DNA of 64,000 nt from an uncultured delta proteobacterium (GTDB lineage: Bacteria; Desulfobacterota; Desulfobacteria; Desulfobacterales; JAFDCJ01): NCBI GenBank assembly GCA_963769935.1, contig CAVYNY010000004.1, positions 37,301 through 101,300 of the forward strand, read 5' to 3'. Below the pieces are notes generated by a model. It saw only the letters and a list, made by a program, of their open reading frames with translations, made no database searches and was not told the origin of the DNA. Made by a program: the position numbers and the translations under genes. Positions within the stretch are counted from its first letter, which is position 1. Every line of letters starts with the position of its first letter. Positions 48,980 through 58,543 of the stretch are shown here, piece after piece.

Positions 48980-51862
48980 TTACCAGTCAACCGGTATCCG
49001 CACGATTTGATTGGCTTTATCTTTAAAAAGCAGATGACGGTTATTTCTGCCGTAGCAGTACAAATCTCTGGTAATTTTGACATCCTGCCTGCAGTAGTTG
49101 ATAATTTCCAGGAGGCGGCCCTCTTGCCACCATCGCAGGGCCTGAAGGCCGTCCGCGGTTTTGCTTTCCCCCAGCGTCGCGGAGGCCAGATGGGCCAGGG
49201 ATAGTCGGAAACCGAGATAATTGTCAACCGCCTCCAGAATGTCCAGATTTTTCAGCGTCCTGAAGTCAAAATCGGAATAGCCTTTGAGCACCTGATAATC
49301 GAAGCGGTTAATGTTGAAACCGACAATCAGATCAAAGGTCTGCAAGCGTTCGATCAATTGTCCCATTTGATTTTCCGTAAAGTCGATAAACCGATCTTCC
49401 CTTGAATCATAAAGCACGGCACAACTTACTTTCATCAAGCGGGCGTGGTGCCAGCCGCCGACTTCGACGGCCGAACGCTGGGTTTCAAGATCAAAGACAC
49501 CGAAGTGCAGGCTTTGGGCCGGCCCGGTCGCCGGTTGGGGGACGGGCAGCGGATGCCTGACCACTTTCACCTCATCGGGTGGGTTTGAATTCGCCCGGTG
49601 TTTGAGTCTATCCAGAATAAAAATCGCCGCCGGTTTGTCAATCGGGCGATTGCCGGACCCGCATTTGGGTGAATGCACGCAGGATGGACATCCGGTTTCA
49701 CACGAGCACCCGGCAACAACTCCCAGAGTATATTCCAACAGACTTTCGACCCGGCGGAATGCCTGGCGATTCAATCCGGCTCCGCCGGGAATGCCGTCGT
49801 AGATAAAAACGGCGGCACCGTTCAACTGGGGATGATATAGGGTGGACAGCCCGCCGAGATCATTGCGGTCCGCCATTACCAGCAGCGGAAAGATGCCGAT
49901 CGCGGCATGCTCCAGGGCGTGAATGCCTCCCAGAAAATCCAATCCGCTGGATTCAGCCGCCCGGCATATCGCTTGGGGTATCTCAAACCACAACCCTTCG
50001 GTCTCAAATATTTGGGGCGGAAGATCCAGATTGACTCTTTTTATTAACTTTTTGGAATGAATCTGTCGGATTTCATATTCGGTTACCTGGTCGGTTACTT
50101 TGAGTTGTCCGGTATAGGCCGAGGTAGTCCAGGCCGGTTTCCGTTCATAAATATCCAGGATTTCAGTTTCCTTATAACCGCGGACCTGGGTGTAGTAATC
50201 CACTGCGGCCCCGACTACCGTGATGGTGTGGGTATCCGGATCAAGGGAATCGACAAGATATGTCACTCCCCGGTGCAGATAGACGGCCCCGGGGTGCGTT
50301 TCGCGAAAGGCTCTGAATTCATCGATTTCGCCGCGGTTTTCGCCGCTGGATTTGTCAATTATCCGATATCGGTTGCCGACGCCTCTGATATTCACATCGC
50401 GATGAGGTAATTTGCGACGCGCATACAGTTCCCGGCCGTCGGCGCTGCGCAAGAGTCTGCCGCCCGTCTCAAGGCGATTTATGGCGGCGCTTACCTTGTC
50501 ATTGCAGAATATGGGTTCATCAGTTTTTAGCGGAAGCTCAGCCGCTGCACATTCCAGGTGTTGGGCCAGTATTTTGGCATTATACGGATTCACAACAGCG
50601 GCTTCCGGCTCTCGGTTTAGAAAATCGCCGGGATTTCGCATGAAAAACTGGTCCAGCGCATCTTCGCCGGCAATCAGGATTAAGGCGGAATCCTGACCGC
50701 TGCGCCCTACCCGGCCGCCCCGCTGCCAGGTTGATACCACCGTGCCGGGATATCCTACCAGAATGCACAGATCCAGATCTCCGATATCAATACCCAATTC
50801 AAGGGCACTGGTTGAAATGACCGCCAGCAGATCGCCGCTGGCAAGACGCGATTCAATATCACGGCGCTCTTCCGGCAGGAAGCCCGCACGATAAGCACTA
50901 ATCCGGCGGGCGAATTCACCGGACTGTCTGCCGGCCCAGAGCGCAATCAATTCCGTGAGTTTGCGCGACTGGGTATAGACGATGGTTCGCAGCTCGCGGT
51001 GCAGAGCGGCCTTTAACAGGAGGATGGCTGCCTGGGCCGGACCGCTTTCCGGATTAATAAAAACAATATGGCGCTTACCCCGCGGTGCGCCGGATTGGGT
51101 GATCTGCTGCACCTTAAGCCCGGTCAATTGGCGAGCCAGCAATGCCGGCTCGGAAACAGTGGCGGAACTGAAAACGAAGTTCGGCGATGAACCATAGCGT
51201 CGGCAGATTCGGTGAAGCCGCCTGAAGATTTGGGCCACATGCGATCCCATCACGCCCCGGTAGGTATGAACTTCATCAACCACCACCGTTTGCAGATCTT
51301 TAAAAAACTCCTGCCAGCTCCGGTGGTATGCCAGGAAGGAAAGATGCAGCATTTCAGGGTTGGTCAAAATCACATTGGGCGGCGCCTCTCTGATTTGTTT
51401 GCGGCGATATGCGGTGGTGTCGCCGTCATAAATTGCAGCCGTCGGTTTTGTTACCTCGAAGTTTGCGGCCGCTTGCTCAAAGGCTCGCAGTTGATCCTGG
51501 GCCAGCGCTTTTAGTGGAAATATATATAAGCTTTTCGAACGAGTATTTTTCTCGAATTTTTCCAGCACCGGCAGGTTATAGATCAAGGTTTTACCGCTGG
51601 CAGTAGGGGTGGCGACGATGATATGCTGCCCGTCCCGAATTAAATCAATGGCCTGGCTTTGATGTTGGTAGAGCTGTCTTATCCCTTGAGAACGAAGCGC
51701 GTTTTGGATTGCATCCGACCAAGTCGCGTTTATTGGCAGCCAGCGTGCAGGATGTTCCGGCAGGACGGTTTGATATGCCACCTGGCCTCCCAGGCGCTCG
51801 GATTTGGCGAGTGCCTGCAGGTACTCACCTACTTTAGATGTGGGATGGTGGCTACGGCCCAT
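48980..51862 (-). CDS. SF2 DEAH helicase with DUF1998 (MrfA/YprA/Hrq1-like) fused to a C-terminal RNase H-like exonuclease (MrfB/YprB-like)
   Basis: TASGKT, PLKALAQDQ, DEVH, SAT, QRGGRVGR, CSCETGCPSC; then FDLETQ, GFNINRFD, YCRQDV. Confidence 0.85.
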   Translation of the reverse strand: MGRSHHPTSKVGEYLQALAKSERLGGQVAYQTVLPEHPARWLPINATWSDAIQNALRSQGIRQLYQHQSQAIDLIRDGQHIIVATPTASGKTLIYNLPVLEKFEKNTRSKSLYIFPLKALAQDQLRAFEQAAANFEVTKPTAAIYDGDTTAYRRKQIREAPPNVILTNPEMLHLSFLAYHRSWQEFFKDLQTVVVDEVHTYRGVMGSHVAQIFRRLHRICRRYGSSPNFVFSSATVSEPALLARQLTGLKVQQITQSGAPRGKRHIVFINPESGPAQAAILLLKAALHRELRTIVYTQSRKLTELIALWAGRQSGEFARRISAYRAGFLPEERRDIESRLASGDLLAVISTSALELGIDIGDLDLCILVGYPGTVVSTWQRGGRVGRSGQDSALILIAGEDALDQFFMRNPGDFLNREPEAAVVNPYNAKILAQHLECAAAELPLKTDEPIFCNDKVSAAINRLETGGRLLRSADGRELYARRKLPHRDVNIRGVGNRYRIIDKSSGENRGEIDEFRAFRETHPGAVYLHRGVTYLVDSLDPDTHTITVVGAAVDYYTQVRGYKETEILDIYERKPAWTTSAYTGQLKVTDQVTEYEIRQIHSKKLIKRVNLDLPPQIFETEGLWFEIPQAICRAAESSGLDFLGGIHALEHAAIGIFPLLVMADRNDLGGLSTLYHPQLNGAAVFIYDGIPGGAGLNRQAFRRVESLLEYTLGVVAGCSCETGCPSCVHSPKCGSGNRPIDKPAAIFILDRLKHRANSNPPDEVKVVRHPLPVPQPATGPAQSLHFGVFDLETQRSAVEVGGWHHARLMKVSCAVLYDSREDRFIDFTENQMGQLIERLQTFDLIVGFNINRFDYQVLKGYSDFDFRTLKNLDILEAVDNYLGFRLSLAHLASATLGESKTADGLQALRWWQEGRLLEIINYCRQDVKITRDLYCYGRNNRHLLFKDKANQIVRIPVDW

Positions 51863-51874
51863 GACGCGGTGCTA

Positions 51875-52258
51875 TTCAGGTATAAGGTTTCGGGTGTTGG
51901 AGAGGTTCCAGGTTTGAAGAGGTTTCATACGAGGTTTCGGGTGTCAGGCGTGGATCGGTTTAACCTATCCGTTGGGTGGAAGTGGTTTTTAACCACGACC
52001 ATAGATATTGTCGCAACCAAATAAATCGCGGTTGCCTCCAGCCCCGCTTCCAGCCCGTAGGGCTTACAGGCCGGAGGGTAGGGCTTACGCCCCGGAGGGG
52101 AAACCGCTCCCACAACATCTTTAAACTTTTTCTGTTCCAGAAAAGTTTTAACTTCGATCAAACTGGCCACCATAAGATATAAACTTCCGTGACCAGTGGC
52201 GGCGCTGACGCCTGAAACCTGTTTATCTGCCCTCTGTCATCTGGCACCTGAAACCTCA
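51875..52258. mobile_element. Composite MITE-like element, sister of 37955-38208, with nested micro-insertions
   Basis: GGTTTCGGGTGTCAG left arms, CCTGAAACCT right arms, REP doublet 51976-52113 interrupted by 65 bp at 52035-52099. Confidence 0.75.
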
Positions 52259-52267
52259 ACAATTGCA

Positions 52268-52831
52268 CTACGCTTTGACCCGTTCGACGTATTCTCCGGT
52301 GCGGGTGTCGATTTTGAGAAATTCACCTTCTTCGATGAACGGCGGCACCTGGATGACGTGACCTGTTTCCAGGGTCGCCGGCTTCGAATCGCCGGATGCC
52401 GTATCACCCCGCACCCACGGATCGGTTTTCTCAACCCTCAAATTGACAAAATAGGGCAGGGAAATCCCGATCGGCCGGCCTTCAAAAAGCAGTATATTGC
52501 ACACCGTGTTTTCCTTGAGGAAATTTTTGGCATCGCTGATCTGTTCATCCGTCAGAAATTCCTGATCATAAGTGGTGGTGTTCATAAAACAGTGACGGTC
52601 GCCTTCCGAATATAAGTATTCCATTTCCTGTTCTTCCAGATCAGGCTCCTTAAATTTTTCACTGGACCGAAAGGTTCGGTCGAATTGCGAACCGGTAACC
52701 ATGTTTTTCAATTTGCACTTATAGAGCGCCTGGCCCTTGCCGGGTTTGCTGAACTCAAACTGTATGATAACATAAGGTTCACCATCGATCTCAATTTTAA
52801 GCCCTTTTCTCAAATCTCCACTTTCAAACAT
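52268..52831 (-). CDS. efp: Elongation factor P
   Basis: KPGKG, GDTASG, KPATLETG, VPPFI, IDTRTGEYVER. Confidence 0.97.
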   Translation of the reverse strand: MFESGDLRKGLKIEIDGEPYVIIQFEFSKPGKGQALYKCKLKNMVTGSQFDRTFRSSEKFKEPDLEEQEMEYLYSEGDRHCFMNTTTYDQEFLTDEQISDAKNFLKENTVCNILLFEGRPIGISLPYFVNLRVEKTDPWVRGDTASGDSKPATLETGHVIQVPPFIEEGEFLKIDTRTGEYVERVKA

Positions 52832-52859
52832 GTTTGTCAATTCCTCTCTTCTGTGATGT

Positions 52860-53085
52860 ACGTTCCCAGGTTCCCGTTTCAGCGTTCAGGGTTTAGGCTC
52901 TCGCTTTGGCCTTGTTGGCAAGGTTGCCACTGACTCGCAACCTTTTGACATGCTCAATAACGGAACCTATGCATTCGCAATACAGCCGTCAACAGGTCCA
53001 AATGTGACCGTTCAAGATTTGCATCTAACCTCTGTCCCCTGAACCCTTGAACCCTGAACCTTTCTATCCTGAACCTCTGAACCGA
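52860..53085. repeat. Inverted heptamer arms (GTTCAGG ... CCTGAAC)
   Basis: cctgaacccttgaaccctgaacctttctatcctgaacctctgaacc. Confidence 0.75.
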
Positions 53086-53086
53086 T

Positions 53087-53842
53087 TTAAGCCTTCTCAG
53101 CCTCCCTCACGGCTTCAACCAATTGCTGCACCTTATCCAGGTCCTTTTTGAACCGGATGGCCCGCCCCTTTTCATCCCGGGTGTTGGTCAGGGTGCAGCT
53201 GTCCACGCCGGCCGGTTTAACCCGCGTGATGCCCTCGGTGACATTGGCGGGTGATATCCCGCCCGCCAGAATAACCGGGATATGGCATGAGGAAGCCAGG
53301 CGGCGGGCTGTATCCCAGTTGCACGTCTGCCCTGTTAATCCTACAAAGCCCTTTACCGGCTGATAATCTACATCGGCTCCTGATTGGTTGAGCAATACGG
53401 TGTCGGTAAGAAAAAAATCGCTGCACGGCTCGAACCACCCGGCTATCTCAAGGGTGGGAATTGAATTAACGGCACCTGCCCGTGCAATTGGAATGGAGCG
53501 CATAATTCTGATATCAGGAAAGCGCGTCTTAACTTTCTGCTGCAACTCAATCAGTCTCCGACAGAAAATTTTTACATCCGGCTGATCCGTCAAAGCTTCG
53601 CAGAAGTGGATTATATCAGGCCGGTAGTAGTCCAGGATGCGAAATACGGAATCGGCTGTGTTGAAAAGCGGTATCAAGCTGCTTTTGGCAGATGAAGATC
53701 GAACGCATTCCCGCGTGTCTTTCAATTCGGGGACCTTCCATTCGGTTTCGCTGACAATCACACTGCCGATATGATCCACGCCCAGATCGATCAGGGTTTG
53801 TGCCTCAGCCGGAGTTTGGATTTCATAGATCTGGATGATCAT
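53087..53842 (-). CDS. TrpF-like TIM barrel protein with an altered active site
   Basis: GVDHIG, FLTDT, GLTGQTCNW, PVILAGGISPANV, PAGVDS...KDLDKV; begins QIYEI instead of KICG. Confidence 0.7.
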   Translation of the reverse strand: MIIQIYEIQTPAEAQTLIDLGVDHIGSVIVSETEWKVPELKDTRECVRSSSAKSSLIPLFNTADSVFRILDYYRPDIIHFCEALTDQPDVKIFCRRLIELQQKVKTRFPDIRIMRSIPIARAGAVNSIPTLEIAGWFEPCSDFFLTDTVLLNQSGADVDYQPVKGFVGLTGQTCNWDTARRLASSCHIPVILAGGISPANVTEGITRVKPAGVDSCTLTNTRDEKGRAIRFKKDLDKVQQLVEAVREAEKA

Positions 53843-54071
53843 TTTTCGAACTGAAAATGAATTTAGAGTTGACATTTTGGGCTATGTCTAACATATTCGG
53901 GCTGTTTTCGCAAACCGTTTCACGGAACGCAAACGATTGAATATTGAAGATTGAATATTTGTGGAATTCTTACGATTCAATAATCGTGTTCGTTTTGTTT
54001 ATCAAAGGAGGCAAAAATAAAATGGATAGAATACCTTCAATTTTCAATCTGAAATAATATAAGGGCTTACT

Positions 54072-55601
54072 ATGATACTGATTATTGACTTTGGTTCGCA
54101 ATACAACCAGCTTATTGCCCGCAGGGTTCGCGAGCATCATGTCTATTGCCAAATTGAACCGCCCGGCATCGGCCTGGATGCCGTCAAAGCACTCAATCCG
54201 GACGGCATCATCCTGTCAGGTGGACCTGCCAGCATCTATGAGAAAAACAGCCCCAAAGCCGACCCGGCCATTTTTGATTTAGGCATTCCGGTATTGGGTA
54301 TTTGTTACGGCATGCATTTTATGATGGCGGCACTTGGCGGAAGCGTGCGCGGTGTGGGCAAGCGTGAATACGGGTTTGCCGAGCTTGAAGTCAAAACCCC
54401 GGCCGGTTTGTTTGAAGGCCTACCCCCGCATAGCACCTGCTGGATGAGTCACGGCGACTCCATCCAAAAACTGCCCACCGGTTTTAAAATTGCCGCTTCC
54501 ACTGTAAATACTAAAGTGGCTGCGGCCGTGGATGTCAAGAAGAACCTGTATGCCGTCCAATACCATCCGGAGGTTGCCCACACGCAGATGGGCAAAAAAA
54601 TGCTGCACAACTTTATTTTCAAAATTTGCGGCTGCAAGCGCACTTGGACGATGAAATCATTTGCCCGGAAATCCAGTGAAGAAATCAGCAAGAGGGTCGG
54701 AGACAAAAAAGTAATCCTGGGGCTGAGCGGTGGTGTGGACTCCTCGGTGACGGCCGTGCTGATTCATAAAAGCATCGGTGACAATCTAACCTGCATATTT
54801 GTTGACAACGGCTTGCTGAGGAAAAATGAAGCCAAAAAGTTGAAGGTCAGATTAACACAACACCTGAACATCAACATCCGGTTTGTCAATGCGACCCACC
54901 AATTTCTAAATGCCCTGGCCAAGGTAACCGATCCCGAAAAAAAACGCAAAATCATCGGCCGGGTGTTTATGAACGTTTTTGAAGACGAAGCCCGCAAAAT
55001 AAAGGATGCGGAATTTCTTGCCCAGGGGACCTTGTATCCGGATGTCATCGAATCGGTATCTGCGTTTGGAGGCCCCACATCGGTTATTAAATCCCACCAT
55101 AATGTCGGCGGACTTCCTAGAAAAATGAAGTTAAAATTGATCGAACCCCTGAAGTATCTGTTCAAGGATGAAGTGCGCCTCCTGGGCCGAGAGCTGGGCA
55201 TCCCGCAGGATCTAATTTGGCGTCAGCCTTTTCCGGGTCCGGGCCTTGCCATCAGAATAATCGGGGAAATAACCCCCCGGCGACTTGCCATATTGCGCAA
55301 TGTGGATGATCTTCTGCTTGAAGAGATTAAAAAGGAAGGCTATTATAGAAAGCTCTGGCAATCATTTGCCGTGCTGCTGCCCGTCAAAAGCGTCGGCGTA
55401 ATGGGCGATCAACGTACCTATGAAAGCATTGTGGCACTGCGGGCAGTTACAAGCAAGGATGCCATGACGGCTGATTGGGCCAGACTGCCCCATAAATTAC
55501 TGGGCCGCATATCCAACAGGATCATAAACGAAGTCAAGGGCGTTAACCGGGTGGTTTACGACATCAGTTCCAAACCGCCAAGCACGATTGAATGGGAATA
55601 A
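54072..55601 (+). CDS. guaA: GMP synthase (glutamine-hydrolysing)
   Basis: DFGSQY, GICYG, QYHPEV, LSGGVDS, QGTLYPD, KSHHNVGG, SKPPSTIEWE. Confidence 0.98.
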   Translation: MILIIDFGSQYNQLIARRVREHHVYCQIEPPGIGLDAVKALNPDGIILSGGPASIYEKNSPKADPAIFDLGIPVLGICYGMHFMMAALGGSVRGVGKREYGFAELEVKTPAGLFEGLPPHSTCWMSHGDSIQKLPTGFKIAASTVNTKVAAAVDVKKNLYAVQYHPEVAHTQMGKKMLHNFIFKICGCKRTWTMKSFARKSSEEISKRVGDKKVILGLSGGVDSSVTAVLIHKSIGDNLTCIFVDNGLLRKNEAKKLKVRLTQHLNINIRFVNATHQFLNALAKVTDPEKKRKIIGRVFMNVFEDEARKIKDAEFLAQGTLYPDVIESVSAFGGPTSVIKSHHNVGGLPRKMKLKLIEPLKYLFKDEVRLLGRELGIPQDLIWRQPFPGPGLAIRIIGEITPRRLAILRNVDDLLLEEIKKEGYYRKLWQSFAVLLPVKSVGVMGDQRTYESIVALRAVTSKDAMTADWARLPHKLLGRISNRIINEVKGVNRVVYDISSKPPSTIEWE

Positions 55602-55607
55602 TAAAAA

Positions 55608-56588
55608 ATGGCTGATGAATTTCCCTCCGATTTCAAATTCAATGGCGACGAGCAGGAAGACGAGCAGGAACCGGAAACCTTTTACCAAGAAGAATTGAAG
55701 GATCTGCGTGTTGAGAAACTGAGCCAGCGCGTGACGCTGCTTTCGATCCTTCTGCCCTGCCTGATTGGGGTTGCCATTTATTTTGGCTATCGGGACTTGT
55801 CCGGCAGGGTCAGCCAGGGTAGTGATACCGAATCTCTGGAAGTACAACGGCTTTCGAGGGAATTAGAAAATCTTGCCAAGGATTTCAATGACAAATTAAT
55901 CACCTTCTCGACCACCTTGTCTACTCAGGACAAAGATATGGGAAATACGCTTGAAGGCAGATTAACGGTAATCAATAAGAATATCGAAGGGTTGCATAAT
56001 AATGTAAAATCATTGGATGAAGATCTCAAAAAAACCGGTGAGACAATTGACAGACTGAATGCTTCCAAAGCGGACAAGAAAAGCCAGGCGCTTGCAATTG
56101 AAAAAATCAACGATGCTATTACTCCCCTTCAAGCGGAACTGGATAAAGTAAAGACCGTTGGCCGCGACCTGAAAACAGTTTCTGACGATATCGCCAATCT
56201 GGAAAGCAAATTGACCAAACAACTTGCAACAGCGACGGCGAGCATGGAAGAGAACAAAAAGGAAAATGAGCAGATTCAGGATTCCCTGACGAAACTGTCC
56301 GGCAAGACAGTCGATAAGGATACACTTGCTTTTGAAATAATCAAACTTAGAAATTATTTCCAGAGCCAAATTGCCCGAGAAGTGTCCGACCTCAACCAGA
56401 GAATGGATTCTCTAAAAAAAGAGATCGACGGTATTGAAAAAATTTCCAGATCCCAGAAACAATCACTGAATAAAGTATCCAAAAAGACATCGCTACCGCA
56501 ACCCTTGGCGACCGATAACGCGAAGTCAGCCAGTCAAACGGCCGCCGCTCCTTCCGGATCCATTGTGGAGAAGGACCTGAACGAATAG
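55608..56588 (+). CDS. Membrane-anchored coiled-coil hypothetical protein
   Basis: Acidic N-terminus, one TM helix (TLLSILLPCLIGVAIYFGY), long heptad-rich C-terminus. Confidence 0.75.
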   Translation: MADEFPSDFKFNGDEQEDEQEPETFYQEELKDLRVEKLSQRVTLLSILLPCLIGVAIYFGYRDLSGRVSQGSDTESLEVQRLSRELENLAKDFNDKLITFSTTLSTQDKDMGNTLEGRLTVINKNIEGLHNNVKSLDEDLKKTGETIDRLNASKADKKSQALAIEKINDAITPLQAELDKVKTVGRDLKTVSDDIANLESKLTKQLATATASMEENKKENEQIQDSLTKLSGKTVDKDTLAFEIIKLRNYFQSQIAREVSDLNQRMDSLKKEIDGIEKISRSQKQSLNKVSKKTSLPQPLATDNAKSASQTAAAPSGSIVEKDLNE

Positions 56589-56598
56589 TCAACTTGAC

Positions 56599-57348
56599 AT
56601 GGACAAGATCCGCTTATTGACACTTTTAAAGTCCGTGGCCGAAGGCCGTGTTGCAGCCGAAGCAGCGGCCGATAGACTTCAGCATTTGGCATTTGAGGAC
56701 ATCACGTATGCCCACATCGATCACCACCGATCCCTGCGCAAGGGATTCCCCGAAGTTATTTTCGGAGAAGGGAAATCGGCCGATCAAATTGCAGGAATCC
56801 TGGAGAAAATGATCGACCAGGAAAACATTATCCTGGTCACCCGCACCGATCAGCAAAAGGCGGACTTGGTCCTGGCGCGGTGTCCCAAAGCGGTATATCA
56901 TGCAGATGCCCGCATGATTGTCATTGAGACTGCCCCAGTGCCGATTCAGGGGCGCGGACCTATTCTGATCATATCCGCCGGCACCTCCGACATACCGGTT
57001 GCCAAAGAAGCCTATTTAACGGCCTGCGCCATGGGCAATACCGTTCAAACCCTATTTGATGTAGGAGTTTCGGGTATTCACCGACTGCTGAACCACCAAA
57101 AATTGATTGACCAGGCCACCGTCCTGATTGTCGTTGCGGGCATGGAAGGCGCGCTTCCCAGCGTGGTGGCCGGGTTGGTTGACCGGCCGGTAATAGCGGT
57201 TCCTACCAGTGTGGGATATGGTGTCAATCTGGGAGGTCTGACCGCCCTCTTCGCCATGCTCAACAGCTGCAGTTCCAATGTCGCCGTAGTCAATATCGAC
57301 AACGGATTCGGGGCCGGTTATATGGCGGCGATGATTAATCGGAAATAG
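56599..57348 (+). CDS. larB: Nickel-pincer cofactor biosynthesis protein LarB (AIR carboxylase-like)
   Basis: DHHRSLRKGFPEVIFGEGK, AGTSDIPVA, DVGVSG, AGMEGAL, PTSVGYG, VVNIDNGFGA. Confidence 0.93.
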   Translation: MDKIRLLTLLKSVAEGRVAAEAAADRLQHLAFEDITYAHIDHHRSLRKGFPEVIFGEGKSADQIAGILEKMIDQENIILVTRTDQQKADLVLARCPKAVYHADARMIVIETAPVPIQGRGPILIISAGTSDIPVAKEAYLTACAMGNTVQTLFDVGVSGIHRLLNHQKLIDQATVLIVVAGMEGALPSVVAGLVDRPVIAVPTSVGYGVNLGGLTALFAMLNSCSSNVAVVNIDNGFGAGYMAAMINRK

Positions 57349-57349
57349 T

Positions 57350-57590
57350 GCAGGTTTCTGGTGTCAGAAATCAGAAGACAGATAACAGAGACAGATAACA
57401 GAATACAGATAGCAGATATCAAAGGCATGAGATACTTAAGGACTGAGTACGAGGGCCGAGCCAAAAAGAATCCGGGCGATGAAAATAACCCCATGCTCAG
57501 TCCTCCGTCCTTAGCACTCAGCACTTTTCCACTTGGACAAAGCGAAGCAATTCATTAATTCTTCAATATTCAATCTTAAATCTTCATTTC
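57350..57590. repeat. Stack of different heptamer arrays (ACAGATA; GGACTGA/CTCAGCA; TCTTCAA)
   Basis: Direct inspection; the arms match elements at 36816 and 41840. Confidence 0.7.
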
Positions 57591-57602
57591 TTTTGGGGTA
57601 TT

Positions 57603-57959
57603 ATGCAAACCAAAGAAGCCATCAAAGCATTCTCGCAAAGCGAAAAGCTCAAGACCGGTCTTATCTGGGCGAACCAGATAATCGAAGTTTATGTCGCCCT
57701 GCCGGAGTCCGAGAAGTCAGGGGCGGAAAGAATACTAAAAATTTTGATCACCATGATCGGCCATGAAATCCATATTGCCAAAAATGCCGCTCCCCATCCT
57801 ATCTGGCTGGAAGCTGAAAAAGACCTTCATACCGCTCAGGTGATGTTGAATTCGGGGGTGGCGCAGGAATCCAGCTACCACCTCACGCAGGCCCTGAGTA
57901 AAGTCACGACTGTCGGCCAACAGTCCATGAGTCTCTTAATTGAAAAGGGACTGCTGTGA
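57603..57959 (+). CDS. Helical hypothetical protein
   Basis: 118-aa ORF with GGGG SD and normal composition. Confidence 0.7.
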   Translation: MQTKEAIKAFSQSEKLKTGLIWANQIIEVYVALPESEKSGAERILKILITMIGHEIHIAKNAAPHPIWLEAEKDLHTAQVMLNSGVAQESSYHLTQALSKVTTVGQQSMSLLIEKGLL

Positions 57960-58147
57960 GGGGCGTGTGGCGGGTTGCGGGTCATTGGATTGCAGATTGC
58001 TGATTTCGGATTGCGGAATGAATTGATTAACCTGTAACGATATCAGCGATCAGAACGTTCTCAACGAACTAAATTGATCCTGTTAAACCTCTTTGTCTTT
58101 TGTTTAACCGGGACGATCTTAACCATCTCAACGAAAATAAAAATTAG

Positions 58148-58543
58148 TCATTTGTAGCACTTATTCGCTTTTTGAATATTAATCGATGCAAATGACAGGG
58201 AAAAAGAAAGTGTCATGTCCATATCCGCTTTCCTTGTTTCATCCTCGGTTTCCATCTTTTTTTGCCAGGCCTTCCGGGCTATGTCATAGGAGGCATAACA
58301 TTTATCGGCAGCGCTCAAAAAACAGGGATTGGGCTGGGTGCTTTGTTTGAGCATATCAAGCTCATCTTTGGCTGTTCCTAATAGCTGAACAAATCTATCG
58401 TATTCAATGTCATTGTCGACAGCCCGTTGAATTTCGTCCAACACAACCAAAACCTTTGCTTCCTGGGGTGTTATTTTAGGACCGCAACCGCCGTTCAATG
58501 CAGCAAACAAGCCAAACAAAATCAAGACAGCCGCTCTAGACAT
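58148..58543 (-). CDS. Putative lipoprotein
   Basis: Hydrophobic signal ending LNGG-C; GGGGAA SD; helical mature domain with further Cys residues. Confidence 0.7.
   Translation of the reverse strand: MSRAAVLILFGLFAALNGGCGPKITPQEAKVLVVLDEIQRAVDNDIEYDRFVQLLGTAKDELDMLKQSTQPNPCFLSAADKCYASYDIARKAWQKKMETEDETRKADMDMTLSFSLSFASINIQKANKCYK

Noticed and set aside
48980..51862. DISARM/Druantia-type defence system suggested by DUF1998
   Set aside because: Single MrfA/Hrq1-type architecture among housekeeping genes, with no methylase or partner genes.
51925..52182. Short ORFs in repeat-filled spacers (also 14877-15083, 9205-9459, 37885-38124, 57361-57558, 48887-49204)
   Set aside because: They are translations of the repeat elements or antisense shadows, with no SD or protein-like motifs.
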